The position numbers and the translations under genes were made by a program. The notes under the pieces are model-generated. The model did not search any database. It saw only the letters and a list, made by a program, of their open reading frames with translations, and had not been told where the DNA came from. DNA of 60,324 nt, counting the filler, from Sphacelaria rigidula (lineage: Eukaryota): the NCBI GenBank assembly GCA_964200075.2. It is 8 parts of 8 records of this genome, joined end to end, with 100 filler letters (N's around TTAATTAATTAA, not from the genome) between each part and the next. Parts side by side here need not be neighbours in the genome. Positions count along the whole stretch, not along the records: positions 37,768 to 45,220 come from CAXNAA020014852.1; positions 45,321 to 52,772 come from CAXNAA020014853.1; 6 more parts are not named here. One strand, 5' to 3'. Below are positions 37,668 through 50,880 of this stretch, piece after piece. Within the stretch, counting starts at the first letter, position 1, and each line of letters starts with the position of its first letter.

Positions 37668-37767
37668 NNNNNNNNNNNNNNNNNNNNNNNNNNNNNNNNN
37701 NNNNNNNNNNNTTAATTAATTAANNNNNNNNNNNNNNNNNNNNNNNNNNNNNNNNNNNNNNNNNNNN
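37668..37767. other. Artificial contig linker
   Basis: Same 100-bp spacer. Confidence 0.97.
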
Positions 37768-37859
37768 GGGGGGGGGGGGGGGGGGGGGAGGGGAGGGTGC
37801 ACAGACGAAACAAAAAAAACAGACAAGAAACTACCAGGAACAATGCTCTGCGTATCTGG

Positions 37860-39740
37860 CGTAGGCTATGATGAGTTACTGTTGGTACTCTCGGTCCCAG
37901 GTGCTGTCGGTGCATATTGGCCTGCAGCTTTCGCGTGCCGTATCGCGCTGCCTCTGCGTCATCCTTTTGGCACCAGTCCGCCATAAACCTTTCTGCTCCC
38001 TGCTCAACACAGCTGTGCCACTCTACTGCATTTAAGGCTCTGGTGGTCCACCCCTGCCATTCGATACTAAGCGCCTTCATGTCTTCCGCTAGGCAGCGGA
38101 TCCAGTCCTGGTGCCTGCCATTAAACTCTCGTTCTTGTCCCTTCACGACTGTAATTTCAGCGAACATGACGTGTTTCGGTATATCCGTTTGGGTGACATG
38201 CGCGTGACGAAACCGGCAAAATGGAGTCTCCTCTTCCCCACCGTCGTCTCGATGCTTTCCCACCCTGTCCTCGCGAGGGCCTCTCAGTATGACATAACGT
38301 GGTCTGTGCGATTGCGCTTGTGCCATCCAAGACAGCGCCTGAGCAAAGCACGGTGGGCCGTGCGCCGTGTATTGTAGTGGTCATCGAGAGGGGTCCATGT
38401 GACGCACCCGTACGGAAGCGCTTCGACAGCCTCGGTTTCGATCACGCGGATTTTGAGGTGGACGGCCGGGTTCGGTCGATTGTACAGTTGGACTTTGTAC
38501 TTGTGGCAGCTCGACCATGCCCCTTGTACGCGCTTTTTGATCTACACCGAGAGGTCCCCGCTCTCCGTAATCGACCCCCCCAGGCATACGAAGTTGTATG
38601 TTTGTATACCTGGCCAGCCGCGTTGATTTCGAGGTGCCCCGCCTGTGAGTGCAGTCGAATGGTCTTCGTCTTTGCTTCCCATGCGGTCAACCCGAACTCT
38701 CCGCAGATCGTCACAATCACAGTCATCTTCTCGAGGCTCGATGATGTCCGCGAGACGATGCAGGCGTCATCGGCGTACAGCATACTCCATAAGGACGGTA
38801 CGTCTTCCGCCGCGATTGTTATGGCCACGTCTGGCTCGACCCATGCTACTGCACATTCCTGTTGGAAATCTCCCTTTTCGCGCTTCCGGACTCGCGCCCG
38901 GTCCCCCGAGATGTCAGGGTCATTGCGGAAGGTTGCCAGGGCCACTGTGAGTACTGCCGTGAAGAAAATGTTGAACAGCAGTGGTGCTAGAACGCATCCC
39001 TGTTAGAGGCCCTGGTCGATGTCGAACCATTCCGAGTATTCCCCGTTGTTCGTGCGCACCCGAGCTTGCATGCCATCCTGGAATTGGTGGATGATCGAGA
39101 GCACGATGGGTGGGACGCCATAGCGTTCCAGAACTTTCCACGGCGATGGGCAGTCGACAGAATCGTATGCTTTCGTGAGGTCGACGAGACATACGTAAAG
39201 CGAGATCTGTCGTCTCCGGTCAAGTTCCTGGAGTCGTCGGACGGTGAACATCATGTCGACGGTTGAGCGTCCGGGGCGGAAGCCGCACTGCTCTTCAGGC
39301 AGAATTCCATTGCCGTCGCAGTAGATACTTCGGCGGCGGACGATTATCTTTAGCACTTTGCCGGCATGTGACACGAGTGAAATCCTCTGTAATTTCCGCA
39401 TTCCATCCGATCGCCCTTTTTCTGGAGCACGATGACGGTGGCATCCTTCCATTCTTGTGGTACGGCTGCTCCGCCCCAGATGTCAACGTTGAAAGCATGG
39501 AATCTCTGTAGTCGGCTAGTGTCGTCGCCGTAGACGAGTATCTTCAGCAGTTCATCCGGCAGATCTGGGCCAACGGCTTTTCCATTGGATGTAGATCGTA
39601 TGGCATCCGCTGTCTCGTCTATCGTAGGCACCTCATCTAGCGACGTGCTCGGAAGTCGCGCTTGGCGTAAGTCGATGATTGCTGTGTTGAGGTAGGGTGA
39701 CTTGGTGTTGAGGAGGGTGTGAATCCACTGTACCACCCGT
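37860..39740 (-). mobile_element. Decayed, 5'-truncated RTE-like LINE (reverse transcriptase pseudogene)
   Basis: Collinear RT motifs [70 protein letters not shown], and C-terminal PKHVMFAE; frameshifts and a stop. Confidence 0.92.
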
Positions 39741-41184
39741 CGGACAGCTCATGAGCTACCTGGATATTACTCATCATTAGAGTACTGACACGGATCATGA
39801 GCTAGCTCATTTGGCCACTTTTTCTGTATGAGCTCTCGGCAGCGATGGACGCCGAGCACGCGTTGAAGCGGGAAAGGTAACGCTTTGGCTTCTCGGACAC
39901 TGCTGTCACGTGTTTTGTGTTCTTGTACAAAGGATATGAGAGTTCTCCTCAATGGCTCATTACAGGTATCTCATGAGCCGGTATAGCGTACTCAACCCGC
40001 ATGTCAGGCGATGGAGTCGTGGCCAAACACAAACAGAAGGCATGTGCTAAACCTTGAGTGTGATGAGTAAGCACATCGGGAGTCTAAGCTGTGTGCTAAT
40101 TTTACTGACAGTCGTAGCGCCTTGTGTGAGTAATGATAAACGCGTACATAGAAGTGTCATTTAATCTCTTCCGGTATTGCTGTAATTTACCGCCAGTCAA
40201 AGCATCTTGAGCGCCTTACTGAATGCTCTAGCCTTCAGGTACAACCAGCGTCAAATGTCGATCATGTCATGTGAGTAGTATATCATCTATCCGAAGGAGT
40301 TCATTCCGAATGTTCTGTTGCTCCCAGCTGTCGTACACGTTTTGTTGTGTCAGCACAGTAGTTCCCTTTATCTTGAAATTCATTCTACTACAGTCAGGAT
40401 CGGTTCTGTGATCTGTTCAACCTCACCAGAACCAGTCCTAGTGACCAAAGTTATTACGCCCCCTAATTTTTTCAGGGTTATCCCGTAAATAAGTTATTGA
40501 TTTGGCTACACTACAGTAAGCTTGGAATTCACAGACGGAGCAGATCTACGCTCTGGCAATGATCTGTGTACTGCCAAAGGAGCAGGTATCATGTTCGGAA
40601 TGTGAAGTAAACACCGTACTGATTATCTTGCGTTTGGATGACAGTCTACAATGAGCTGCTTCATTTTCTATGAGGGGGGAGGGGGGGGTGGGTAGATGAG
40701 CTCACCCCACCAGTTGTTTTTGTGCGTTGGAACACTAATACATCCCATGAGCGGCTTGTAGAGGCCTTCATGTTGCGTAAAGAATGGTCTTTGGCCAACG
40801 CGTCTAGTCGTGACTCACACACGATAAACTTTCAACAGACAACATTAGCGTAGCGCATTTTTTTCTGGCCCAACCCAGCCCCCGTTGCGATGTGGGCGGT
40901 GTCTCTCCCCCAACCAAGATCTACCTTCCCCACCCCTGCCCCTGAAAAAAAAAGGGGAAAGGAAAAACAACAAACCCATGGTAGCTGATCATCCAACTTG
41001 GGGCCCAGGGTGTTCAAGGCGGTTCGAAAATGAGGCGGAATTGGCTGGTGCTGTCTGTATGGACACGGATACTATTCTATTATCAAACTACTTTTTCTCC
41101 TGTCTCGAATTTTACCTGCTGATTTCCCCTTGCCTCGCCCTTACGTCTCGATTTCTTTCCCACCATAATTGCCATGTTTTACAG

Positions 41185-41334
41185 GACGAGCTCTTGGCGA
41201 ACAAGAACAGGTACCAAGAGCTGACAGGAAAGCCTTTTGATCCCCCGAAGGAAGTGCCGGAGAAGAAAAAGAAGCCGAAAGGGCCGGCCCAAACACCGGC
41301 GCCCAACAGAGCCCCGGGAGAAAAGAGCAAGAAG
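41185..41334 (+). CDS. Aminoacyl-tRNA synthetase (GluRS-like) exon with WHEP-like C-terminal half (DELLANKNRYQELTGKPFDPPKE...)
   Basis: tttacag| acceptor, aag|gtgccc donor, 150 bp phase 0-0; LL..K..Y..LTG..F.P is WHEP-TRS-like. Confidence 0.75.
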
Positions 41335-41460
41335 GTGCCCGGATGTCTCTCTTTCTGTTTGTACGTGTCATGCGATCTACTAACAGTGTGTGTTGGGTTG
41401 TCGTCCCAACTAATCTGCACGCCAGTCTACACCTTTCAGTAATATGTGAGCACACGAGCC

Positions 41461-41766
41461 GGGGTCACACAGGAGGAAGGCCAACACAGTAGTTTTTATA
41501 TATATGTTTTGTTTTTGTTCTCCACCTTCCTTCTGTGGTGCTTGCCTTATTTTTTTCATCTAGAGAGGGGTTCAGCACTCTCTTTCCCTCGTCGACCGTG
41601 AGGTCGATTTTTTGTGTACCCACGACACACAGAAGTCGCTCTCCACTGTTGGGCACTGTGTGAGAAACAATCTGAGATCGTGTGACTGCACCCGAGAATT
41701 GAACCCACCACCCAAGCGTCGGGAGGTTTCCAGGTTGCCAGCCGCGCCACCGAGACGACCGGACTA
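41461..41766 (-). mobile_element. Intact tRNA-derived SINE (~305 bp) in an intron
   Basis: Degenerate A and B boxes at the 5' end; body matches 34848-35115. Confidence 0.75.
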
Positions 41767-43674
41767 TTAATTAGTACGTGCTTCTTAATTTGGAGCATTT
41801 AGTAGCAGGCGTGGTTTTCGTGGTTCCGAGGGGAGTGATGAGCAACAGCTGTGAGAGAGTGTGCGCGCCTGCGCCTGGATACTGTACTTTGTATTTTTTT
41901 CGTGGTTGCAGTGTAGTACAGCAAAGCGTCCCGTTTGTCATCGCCACAACGACGTCGCGAACCAAGCGCAAGTGATGATTGGGTATGGGGTTGGAGATGT
42001 GATCCCCGCAACACTACACCCTTGACGAAGTGATGCTCGCGCCCCCCTTGCTTAGTTTGGCGGTGGTTGTCGGTCTTGTTTTCGCACACAAACGTACCTT
42101 GTGGTACGGAGGATCTGGTTGAAGTAAGAAAGGCTTTTCGCACTGATTCATTTTTTTTCTGCTCGTTCTTGCTTGGTGGTGGCACAAGCACAAAGCATAC
42201 CTCCGTATCTCAGGATACGAACATGATGTTATTGGGTGCGGGCTTGGAATTTTTCATGAGGGTAGATTTATGCACACCCTGGACATTGAATCCCACTGTC
42301 AAAAGGTATAAAGCGTAGAGTATCGACGATAGATTTTATACCGTGCGCAGTACATTTTTCGACAACGAAATCTCATGTGCAGGGTATGGATATATGTCGA
42401 ACGCGTTATTGCGTTCGTCGAATAGGAACTGCCGGTGTTGACATTGGTATGTACTTCCTCTGTCCTACAAGATAAACCCGATTGGAAAATCTCATTGGAT
42501 AAGCCCGTGGTGAAATATTGCGGTAATGTACCCAGTGCAGTTGTTGTCGACAAACGGACCCCCAACACGTCTTCCACATATGGTTACCATCATGTAAATA
42601 TATAGATATATATCCCCAGGGGATCACATGTTGTCATCCCCGGCGTGAAAAAATCACAAAGTGGGCTTATGTAGTGAGATATTCCGAAGGAAAGCCAGAA
42701 TTTTTGCCGATGGAGCAGCAGGAGATGAGCCGACAGCAGTAGGACCCGCGCCGACAGAAGCGGAAACCGCACCAACAGCATCAACAGTAGTCTGGTTCGT
42801 CGACATGATCTGCAATGCTCAAGAAGGCGGTCCGCAGGGTGTCCTCGCTTGTTGACGGCTGCCGCCCTTGGGAGCGCGGACTGCTGTGTGCTCAAATAGT
42901 GCTGTGGTGGCGGCAGACTGTAAAATGACGGTTTCGGGCGGTTCTCCGAAACGCCTCGGGAACTATGAAAATAATCGTTTCTCCAAAAGTCGATGAGAAG
43001 GGTGTCAACCGGGAGATTCCGGTTGTGCACGACTGACACACTCTGATCGCCGTGAGAGTAGCTGCTTGTCTATTGGGGGCTCGGCAAAAGCCTCGGTTTT
43101 GAGTTCTGTCCCAAAACTTCACGAGAACAAGAAAAAAAAACGCTCGGGAAAGCCAACAATACGCACGAGAAATGCGGCAAAACCTCAAAACGGGCCTACG
43201 TTGTGGGACAGAGGAAGTATTCACGTATGCGTTTTACTTTTTGAAGGTCCACCTGATTTCAGAGGTTTGTAATACTCCGGTCGAATAAACTTGTGTGTGA
43301 AGGACGTGTTTTGATTCCTAGACAACGCGAATCATGCCTGCAGCACCCTTGCGCGCTGACACACTCACCTTTTGTCTTCCTTCAGGATAAGGGGTCGGCA
43401 CGAGAGTACTAAGGCAAACCGGAATCCGAATGGCTGTCTTGTGTGTGGAAGAGGGCTCACGAAGTCACAATAGAGAATGTGCGTGTAGCCCATGACTCCT
43501 GTACTCGTACTCCTGATTACTGAATCATGCTTGGAAAGTTTAGTGAAAAGTAAATGGCCTATAGCTTCCCCCATCGCCGTTCTGTTTTCCAGCCTCCAAT
43601 TATTCCAAGGCATAACTTTGAACAAGAACATGTTCCAACCCACACGTTGGCTGCTTGCCGTGTACAAAAATTAG

Positions 43675-43965
43675 GAACAACAGCGGGAGTTGAAAAAGGC
43701 GCAAAAAGAGGCGGCGAAAGCGGCGAAAAAATCGGAAGGGTCGGCGCCGCGCACCACGGCCTCCGGAGGCAAACCTTCGACTGAGCAGAGCTCGAGCGCC
43801 GCTGCCGGCACTACTGCTGCTGCTTCGGCGCCGGCCGTAAGCGCCAGTGGTGTTGATGCTGTGGGTGCGGGGAATACGGTGCAATTTTGCGCTGCGTCGC
43901 TTCCGACTGTGGCGTATGCGGCGTGCTCGTTGGCAGGAGTGGAGCTCAATTTCGTCCTCGGCGAG
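43675..43965 (+). CDS. GluRS-like exon: K/A-rich linker then start of the GST-like domain (TVQFCAASLPTVAYAACSLAG)
   Basis: ttag| acceptor, gag|gtgggt donor, 291 bp phase 0-0, in frame with both neighbours. Confidence 0.75.
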
Positions 43966-44689
43966 GTGGGTTGATCTGAGTGTTTTCGTTGACGGTGGTT
44001 GGTCATGTTGTTCGATTCTATCTCTAGGTTGCTGTTGTGATAATTGCTGAGTGATCCTGGTTTTTGTGTGGGCGTGTTTTCGAAGAAGGGGACAGGAGGA
44101 CGGGGGGCATGGTGGTGGATTTTTTACGATGTATCAGCCCACCGGTATCTTCTGTTAACATGTATTCGACCAAGGGGGCGGTGGTGATGATGACGATGAC
44201 TCCCTCGTTATTTTCTGATGTTTCGATTCTTGAGTTCTTGTGCTGCAATCTACCTTTCACCTCCTGAACAAGGTGTATACACAGCTTGAGGCGCGCCAAA
44301 TTTCTCGTCCCTTTTGTGGTTCGCAGAATCATCGTTGTCGCTTACATATTGCGCATGTCAACAGGGTACGTGGTGAGTGTACATGTAGTGAGTGATCCGG
44401 AGAGATCCAGCCGTAGTCACAAGACGAGAACATGCATGTATCCAAGTCGAACGAAACAGGAACAATCGCTGAAAGGAAACTCGCGAAAGAGAAAGGATAA
44501 ACTAACAAGAAGCGCGAGAAGAACGAAACAGAGGAGAGAGGTGAAGGGAAGGCAAAATGCAAGGAGAGGGAAGAATACAAGTAGTCGATCCTGATGGAAA
44601 AAATATGTAGACGGCTGTATGCTATTACAGTCATGATCCGTCACACACGCACATACGTACGTACTTTGCTGCTCCCTCGATAAGCGCAG

Positions 44690-44901
44690 GAGAGCATCCC
44701 TTGCCTGCGACTCGGGGATGGACGCAGCGTGTCCGGTGATCTCGCCATTGCTCGGTACGTGGCTCGTTCCGCCGCCGTAACGGGTCTCCTGGGCGGATCG
44801 GATCCCGTGGAGATGTCGATCGTGGATCAGTGGCTAGACCTATCCCTTGGTCGCGATCTTGCCGACCTTGCCTCGACGCTTGACGCGCACCTGGCCCCCA
44901 G
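44690..44901 (+). CDS. GluRS-like exon, GST-like domain (IPCLRLGDGRSVSGDLAIARYVARS...IVDQWLD...LDAHLAPR)
   Basis: gcgcag| acceptor, ag|gtgcgt donor; IARYVAR, VDQWLD and LD.HL match the N-terminal GST-like domain of cytosolic glutamate--tRNA ligase. Confidence 0.82.
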
Positions 44902-45220
44902 GTGCGTACTAAATCCGGTGGATAGTCATGCGGGGTGGCGCAGACGGGGGATAGGAAGGGCGGGCGGGTGCCTTGCTGTTTTTCGATGATGGATTGCAAG
45001 GCAGGTATCGGGGATGGATGGGTTGTTGATGCCGTGTTTTGTTGTTGCTGCCGAAGTGATGGTTCGATGCTCGACCGTATATTGCGAGATGCATAGCGAG
45101 GCAGAGATGGGTTGATCCCTCGAGACTATGAGCTCGTCTCGGTTGGGGGGGGGGGGGGGGGGGTGGAGATAGGGATGGCACCAAACGACAAAGACCGCCG
45201 TGGGGGGGGCGATACACCAC

Positions 45221-45320
45221 NNNNNNNNNNNNNNNNNNNNNNNNNNNNNNNNNNNNNNNNNNNNTTAATTAATTAANNNNNNNNNNNNNNNNNNNNNNNN
45301 NNNNNNNNNNNNNNNNNNNN
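45221..45320. other. Artificial contig linker
   Basis: Same 100-bp spacer. Confidence 0.97.
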
Positions 45321-45378
45321 GTTGTGGTGTGGGTTGTTGTTTGTTGGGGTTTGGGTGTGTGTGTGTGTTTGGGTGGGT

Positions 45379-45422
<44 letters not shown>

Positions 45423-45484
45423 CTGCTGTTTCTGTTCTTTTTTTACTTTTCTTCGGCCCACTCTTTGAGTCTGTTTCACCTTCA

Positions 45485-45888
45485 ACAGTGGATTCTCGAA
45501 AATGGGGTGGGAAAAAAACGTTTCACTCAAGAGCCGTGCTTTTCCTGACCTGAAGTCATGACAAACGACTTTCATACGGGCGACCTCATCCCTCCCGACC
45601 TCCCTAAAACTATTTGGGTAGATTTCTAGCCTTCAATTCTCCTACAGGGTATGTGCGAAAGCACGCTTCTGCCTCGATTTCGGAGTGAAAAAAGGACGTT
45701 CTTTGGCCCGTTCGCACATACCCTTCGGAGAACAGGGAGCTGGAAATCTCCCGAAATAGTTTGAGGGAGGCCGGGAGGAATGGGATCGTCTGTATAAAAG
45801 TCATTTGTGATTACTTGAGGTCAGGGAAAGCACGGCCTTCGAGTTGTACCTCGTTTTTTGTTCAACCCCATTTTCGAAAATCCACTGT
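45485..45888. mobile_element. Palindromic MITE (~400 bp, CAGTGG termini)
   Basis: acagtggattctcgaaaatgggg / ccccattttcgaaaatccactgt with ~175-bp imperfect arms; no clear TSD. Confidence 0.8.
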
Positions 45889-47236
45889 CCTCTCCGTCTT
45901 CTTCCCCATCATCCAGCCGACGTTTCCGCTTTAACGTAGCTTGGTAATATACGCCATGTGACAATGGCTGTATCCATGGGGCATCAGTGACTGTGCAATA
46001 ATCAAATCAACATCAAAACCAAGAAATTGAAATGGGGGAACAGCGGGTATTGTTGAATACGGAGAAATGCGAATGTGACGCGGGAACGTGCCTCAGCCCC
46101 AACTCCAACCCAGAGCAACAGCCACTGCTGACTACCGTGCCGTATTTCGGACAGATTTTATTCTAACGAGGGTGATGACGAGCAATAGAAAGAACCGTTG
46201 TAGAAGGAGGAAAGTGATGCCAAGCCAAAACATCCACCTTTCACGTCTACCTCATCCGCCCTAGAGCAGGTCCACCTTGGTACTACTGATTGTACTGAAG
46301 CACATCCTATTCAAATATCAAACCAAGAAGCGCAACCGGTACAAGCGTATGCGGCATATTTACTGTTCTTCCTAGACACATTTTTGAGACATGGTACCGA
46401 ATGCACTCGAGTTTTATGATTACGGTGTTTGCGAAGATCAAATTCGGGTCAGGACTTGGACTTTGTAATTCCCCCGAAGTCCAAAGTCAATCCAAAGTCC
46501 GATGGTTGCGTTTCGCTCGGTTTGGACTTTTAATAGAAGATTCTATTGGCCAACAGGAGTGACGTGTAACGTGTAACCGCCCTTCCGACAACACACAACA
46601 CACCAGTCACCTCGCTGCTCGGGCAAGCACCAGAGCACACGCCCAGAACATGGCGAATCAGCGGGTGATAGTGTAGTTGTGGTGTTCTTTTGAGGTCAGC
46701 ACAGCAACATATGCACAAAGAAATAGTATTTTGAGCACAACTTGACACAGACAGCGATTGACGTGACGTGTATCCGGTTTGCACAGGAGTTTTTGCAGAC
46801 CAGGAGAATAATTTTGATCACAAATCATTAATCACGTGGGCACACACGACGGACTTTATACTCGTAGCCTGTCTTTGCCGCCTGCCTGACCCCTCTTGTG
46901 TTGCCAACATAGCTTCACAATGTAGTGTTGCTGTGGAACACCAAGTAGAGACACTAGTAGCGTGCAGTAGACTGTGTTCAGTGCAGAACGATGCACGCTC
47001 ACTGTTTCTTGCTGCTGAGTCCAGCGCAGATATACAACTGATACTCACTTTGTCCGCGCTTTGAGTGCGGGTGGGTGTAAAGTCGTGAGGGTTTCTCCTG
47101 TAGTATTTCCTCTACATTTGCGGAGCATCCAGGTAAACCCTAGGTAACAGACAACAGTAGGTCGTATTGTCAAGTATCCGTGTTCAGTCCCAAACGAAGT
47201 ATCATTCCTTCAAACGGCGATCAATAAGTTGGTGCC

Positions 47237-48550
47237 ACCCCAACTCTGTGCATACCGAAACACCGCATGCTGCACGATAGCTGTTCAGGCACTCTCGAGC
47301 GCCCATCGCACCGTGATCGTCATAAGAGTGTTTAGATGCACAACGGCACAGCTACAACTACAGCATATAGATGATAGGTTTGGGAAGCGCCTTGTTCCTT
47401 TGACTCGAGACGAAATAGCCAACACACCATGAAGGTGTCAACAGGAACGGAGTCTAGAGGGCACTACGTGTTGACAGCATAATTTTTCGAGGAGATGAAC
47501 GACCAAACCGTCTTCGAAAAGGTCTGGAGACACCACAGCGCAGCGACAGCTACAGCACAAGAGACAGCCCATGAGTGTGTTTGTGCTGCAGCACAGTGAT
47601 GAAGGACATGTCCCATGCGATAGCTCTTCCCCTGATTTCGGATGAGCTCGATGTTGGCCGAATGGCGGTTTACAAACGCTTGGCCATAATCGCGATTTTT
47701 CACGCGAAGCGCGATTATGGCCAAGCGTTCAAAAATTGGCACTCGGCAAAAAATGAGCACCCGTCTGAAATGGGGGGAAGGGCTATTACATGGGACATCA
47801 AGGCTGACAGCTCCTGTCATCAAACGCTTGGGATAGAGCAGCTCCGTGCTGGCTCCGTTTGTTCGCCCCAACGTGCGCGCGTCCGCCTCGCGTGCCTTCC
47901 CCGATCCCAGCACCCGACTGTAGCTGAAGTATGGACGGGGACGCAACAGACAGCTGCACAGTAGTTCAGCCGTCACGTGATCGTTTCATCGTTTCACCTT
48001 TGTGTACAGACAGTAGGTGGTGCACAGAACTTTGATCTCACCCCACTTCTGTGCTTACTGGAACACGGCATGCAGCACTACATTTGTTCGGGCACTCTCC
48101 AGGGCACATCACATCATGTTCGTCGTAGAGTGTTCATATGCGCAACAGCACAACGACATCTACAGCATAGAAATGGTGGGTGTGGGAAGCGCCTTGTTCG
48201 TTTCATGGAAGACGAACCAGCAAACACACAACAGACAGTAGTGTGTATATAGATAGCACTGCGTACCGAAAAGCACATGTTTCATCATTTTATCATTTCC
48301 TGTAAGAACCAAGGCAGTCACAGTAAGGCAACTGACGCAATGCCAGGGAACACCAAACCGTCTTCGTGAAGGTCCGACCACACCACACCACGGTGATAGC
48401 TATAGCACATGAGAGAGAGCGTGAGTATGTTTGTGCTGCAGCACGGTGAAATAGGAAATGTCTCATGTCATTGTTCTTCCCCTCATTTTAGACGGATCCT
48501 CAATTCTTGCCGAGCGCCAATTTTTTAACGCTCGGCCATAATCGCGCTTC
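47237..48550. repeat. Diverged tandem duplication (~800-bp period) including a hairpin at 47608-47798
   Basis: 47237-47690 aligns with 48041-48550; aacgcttggccataatcgcg inverted core. Confidence 0.65.
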
Positions 48551-50822
48551 TCGCAAAAATCTTGCAATTCACCTTGAGTTACCCTCATCTGTGCTGGTGT
48601 GGTACGTGCCGGGAAAAAGGAAAACCTTCCGGCCTGTTGTCCCATAGCATGAACATCTAAAAGACCAAACCGAGCGGAGACCAGAATGGTCGTTTGGCTG
48701 CGGACTTTGGGCGCACATATGCCCCCTAAACCGGAATGATCCTAACCGTAATGTGGACTTGGGAACGTTGACCAATAGGAAAGCCTGAGCCCAAGACCCA
48801 AATTTGGCCTTCGCATCACCAAAGTTGGTGGGGTCTTTAAAAGTTAGTTGTTGAACCGAAATGGGGTTACATTCCGGTCTTGCTCTGGATTTCATGACCG
48901 GACCCAATTTTGGTCTTCGCAAACACCCTATTCAGTGTTATTCCTTTTCAATATTATGGAGGCGGTATTGTTGGAGATTAGGCGCCCCAACACGGTACAC
49001 CAGGCATCTGATGATACTGAAACTTGACGTATGTGTGGACTGAAGCCGCAGGTAGGTGTTGACGCAGCAGTTTCGGTGAACCAGGGCGTTTTGTGCGCTG
49101 CGTGGCTTGAAATGATGATTATGCACGATGCTGCGGTGATTCCGAAAACAAGAACACTTTCTGATGACAGTTCTAGAGGGTAACGGTATGAAATCCGCGC
49201 GGAGACAGGAATAGATCTTGCCATCCTTGTTGTTTACACTGCCCCCCTGTTGGTCGAGGCTGGCACCAAGGCCGGAAAAAACCGCTAGTTTAGGCTCTCC
49301 ATATATTAGAGGCACATACGCCTGAGTTTTATACGCCGTGCCGAGCAAGCCCCACAACGCAGCCAAGGAGATGAGTGTCTTCTGTCAGGGACCACTGCGG
49401 ACCTGCTCGGGCAGGGGGCAAGATCTCCTCCCTCACAATGCCAGACCTAGCTTGGGCGTTACCAGGACGGTCTGAAAATGACAGGGGCAGTAGCTGTAGT
49501 TTTCTATCAGAATCAATCAGATATTCTTCCGTAGTGTGCTCTCACGTGAAGACATTCCCCTTTCTCTGGCAGGCGCGTGATCACCCTTGTGCAGAGTTTT
49601 CACTTGGTTCCATAGTAGAACAGAGCGCGAGTTGCAATTAGTTTTTTTTGCACGAATGGATAGCGGGTATTCTAGCCCTGTCGAGCCGTGGCTCGCATCG
49701 TACTGTCAGTTCCACAGTACTCGTTGTACTGGCACTGGGAACACAGGGTGTCAACTTACAGTTGCGCGAACACATATCGTGCAATAAACGCTTTCTGCAT
49801 TTGTAGTGATGGGCATCCTTTCCTATCCGGCTGTCAAACGCGCGAAAGCTGGTCTGTAGTGCCAGGTATCCGTGCTGGTGGAGAGACCTCTCTTCCACGG
49901 ACGTCCGCCCTCTTTAGTCTCCGCATATTTTAGGCATTCGAGTATGACCGTCTTCAATTGACGCCACGGATGATGAATTATAATTTCAGTACAATGCCTC
50001 CATAACGTTGAAAAGGAACAACACTGTATTTATGCCGTATATATGTCAGCGGGGTGGATTGCTGAAAGGATTGGAATCATCGACCGCACCCAACCCGGTA
50101 CAAATTATGTTTGCAGTAACGTACCGTACTCTGCCTGTCCTGCACATTTAAACCTACTCAGGACGTTGTGTTTCATCTTCGAGGCGCTCTACCAACAACT
50201 ATTGCGACCTTTATGGGGCTAAACTTGTATCATAGGTAGGATCATGTCCTTGTATTATGCAGGCCAGCAACCTGACTCACCTGAATAAAATCCGGACAGC
50301 GGGAGACTGCCAGTCAGGATGAGAGAAGACTGTCTGTAGCACAAGAGGTGCAGGAACTTCTCCTTTGAATCAAAATTGTTACATTGAATTAAAGTTTGTA
50401 AGCACTCAGTCATTTTCTGCGCCACGGCTCTGAAATATCCGTGCTGCGGTGAGGGTGGTACAGTCTGTAGTGTACACACTCGTATAACACGATGGCAGCA
50501 ATGTCACGCCTGATAAAGCGTCAGACTCTCCACTCACCACGCCGAAAACAGGACTCAATTGAGTCAAAGAAGGGGAAAAGCCCAAATTCACAGATGACCC
50601 GTTACACAGCTGCACGGTGGTAGTGGGCGGTCTAACTATTCAGGGGTGTTTCGGTGTTTAGCTCGCGTACTACTCTTCGATAGAACTCGAAATTGTAAGC
50701 TTCGGTATATTTTGGTGAAAAAAAACAGATCATTTTCGAAACACAGTGCCCAAGACAGTTTCTACGATAGCCCCCCCCCCCCAAAAAAAAAATTGCCTGG
50801 TTTGGGGAGGCAAAATCTTCAC

Positions 50823-50880
<58 letters not shown>
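50823..50880. repeat. (TTG)n microsatellite
   Basis: Seen directly. Confidence 0.97.

Noticed and set aside
38299-39006. 235-aa plus-strand ORF, the longest in the track
   Set aside because: It is the antisense shadow of the LINE RT on the minus strand
3520-44901. A functional cluster of NEDD1-like, dynein-2 and GluRS-like genes
   Set aside because: The genes lie on separate contigs joined only by size sorting
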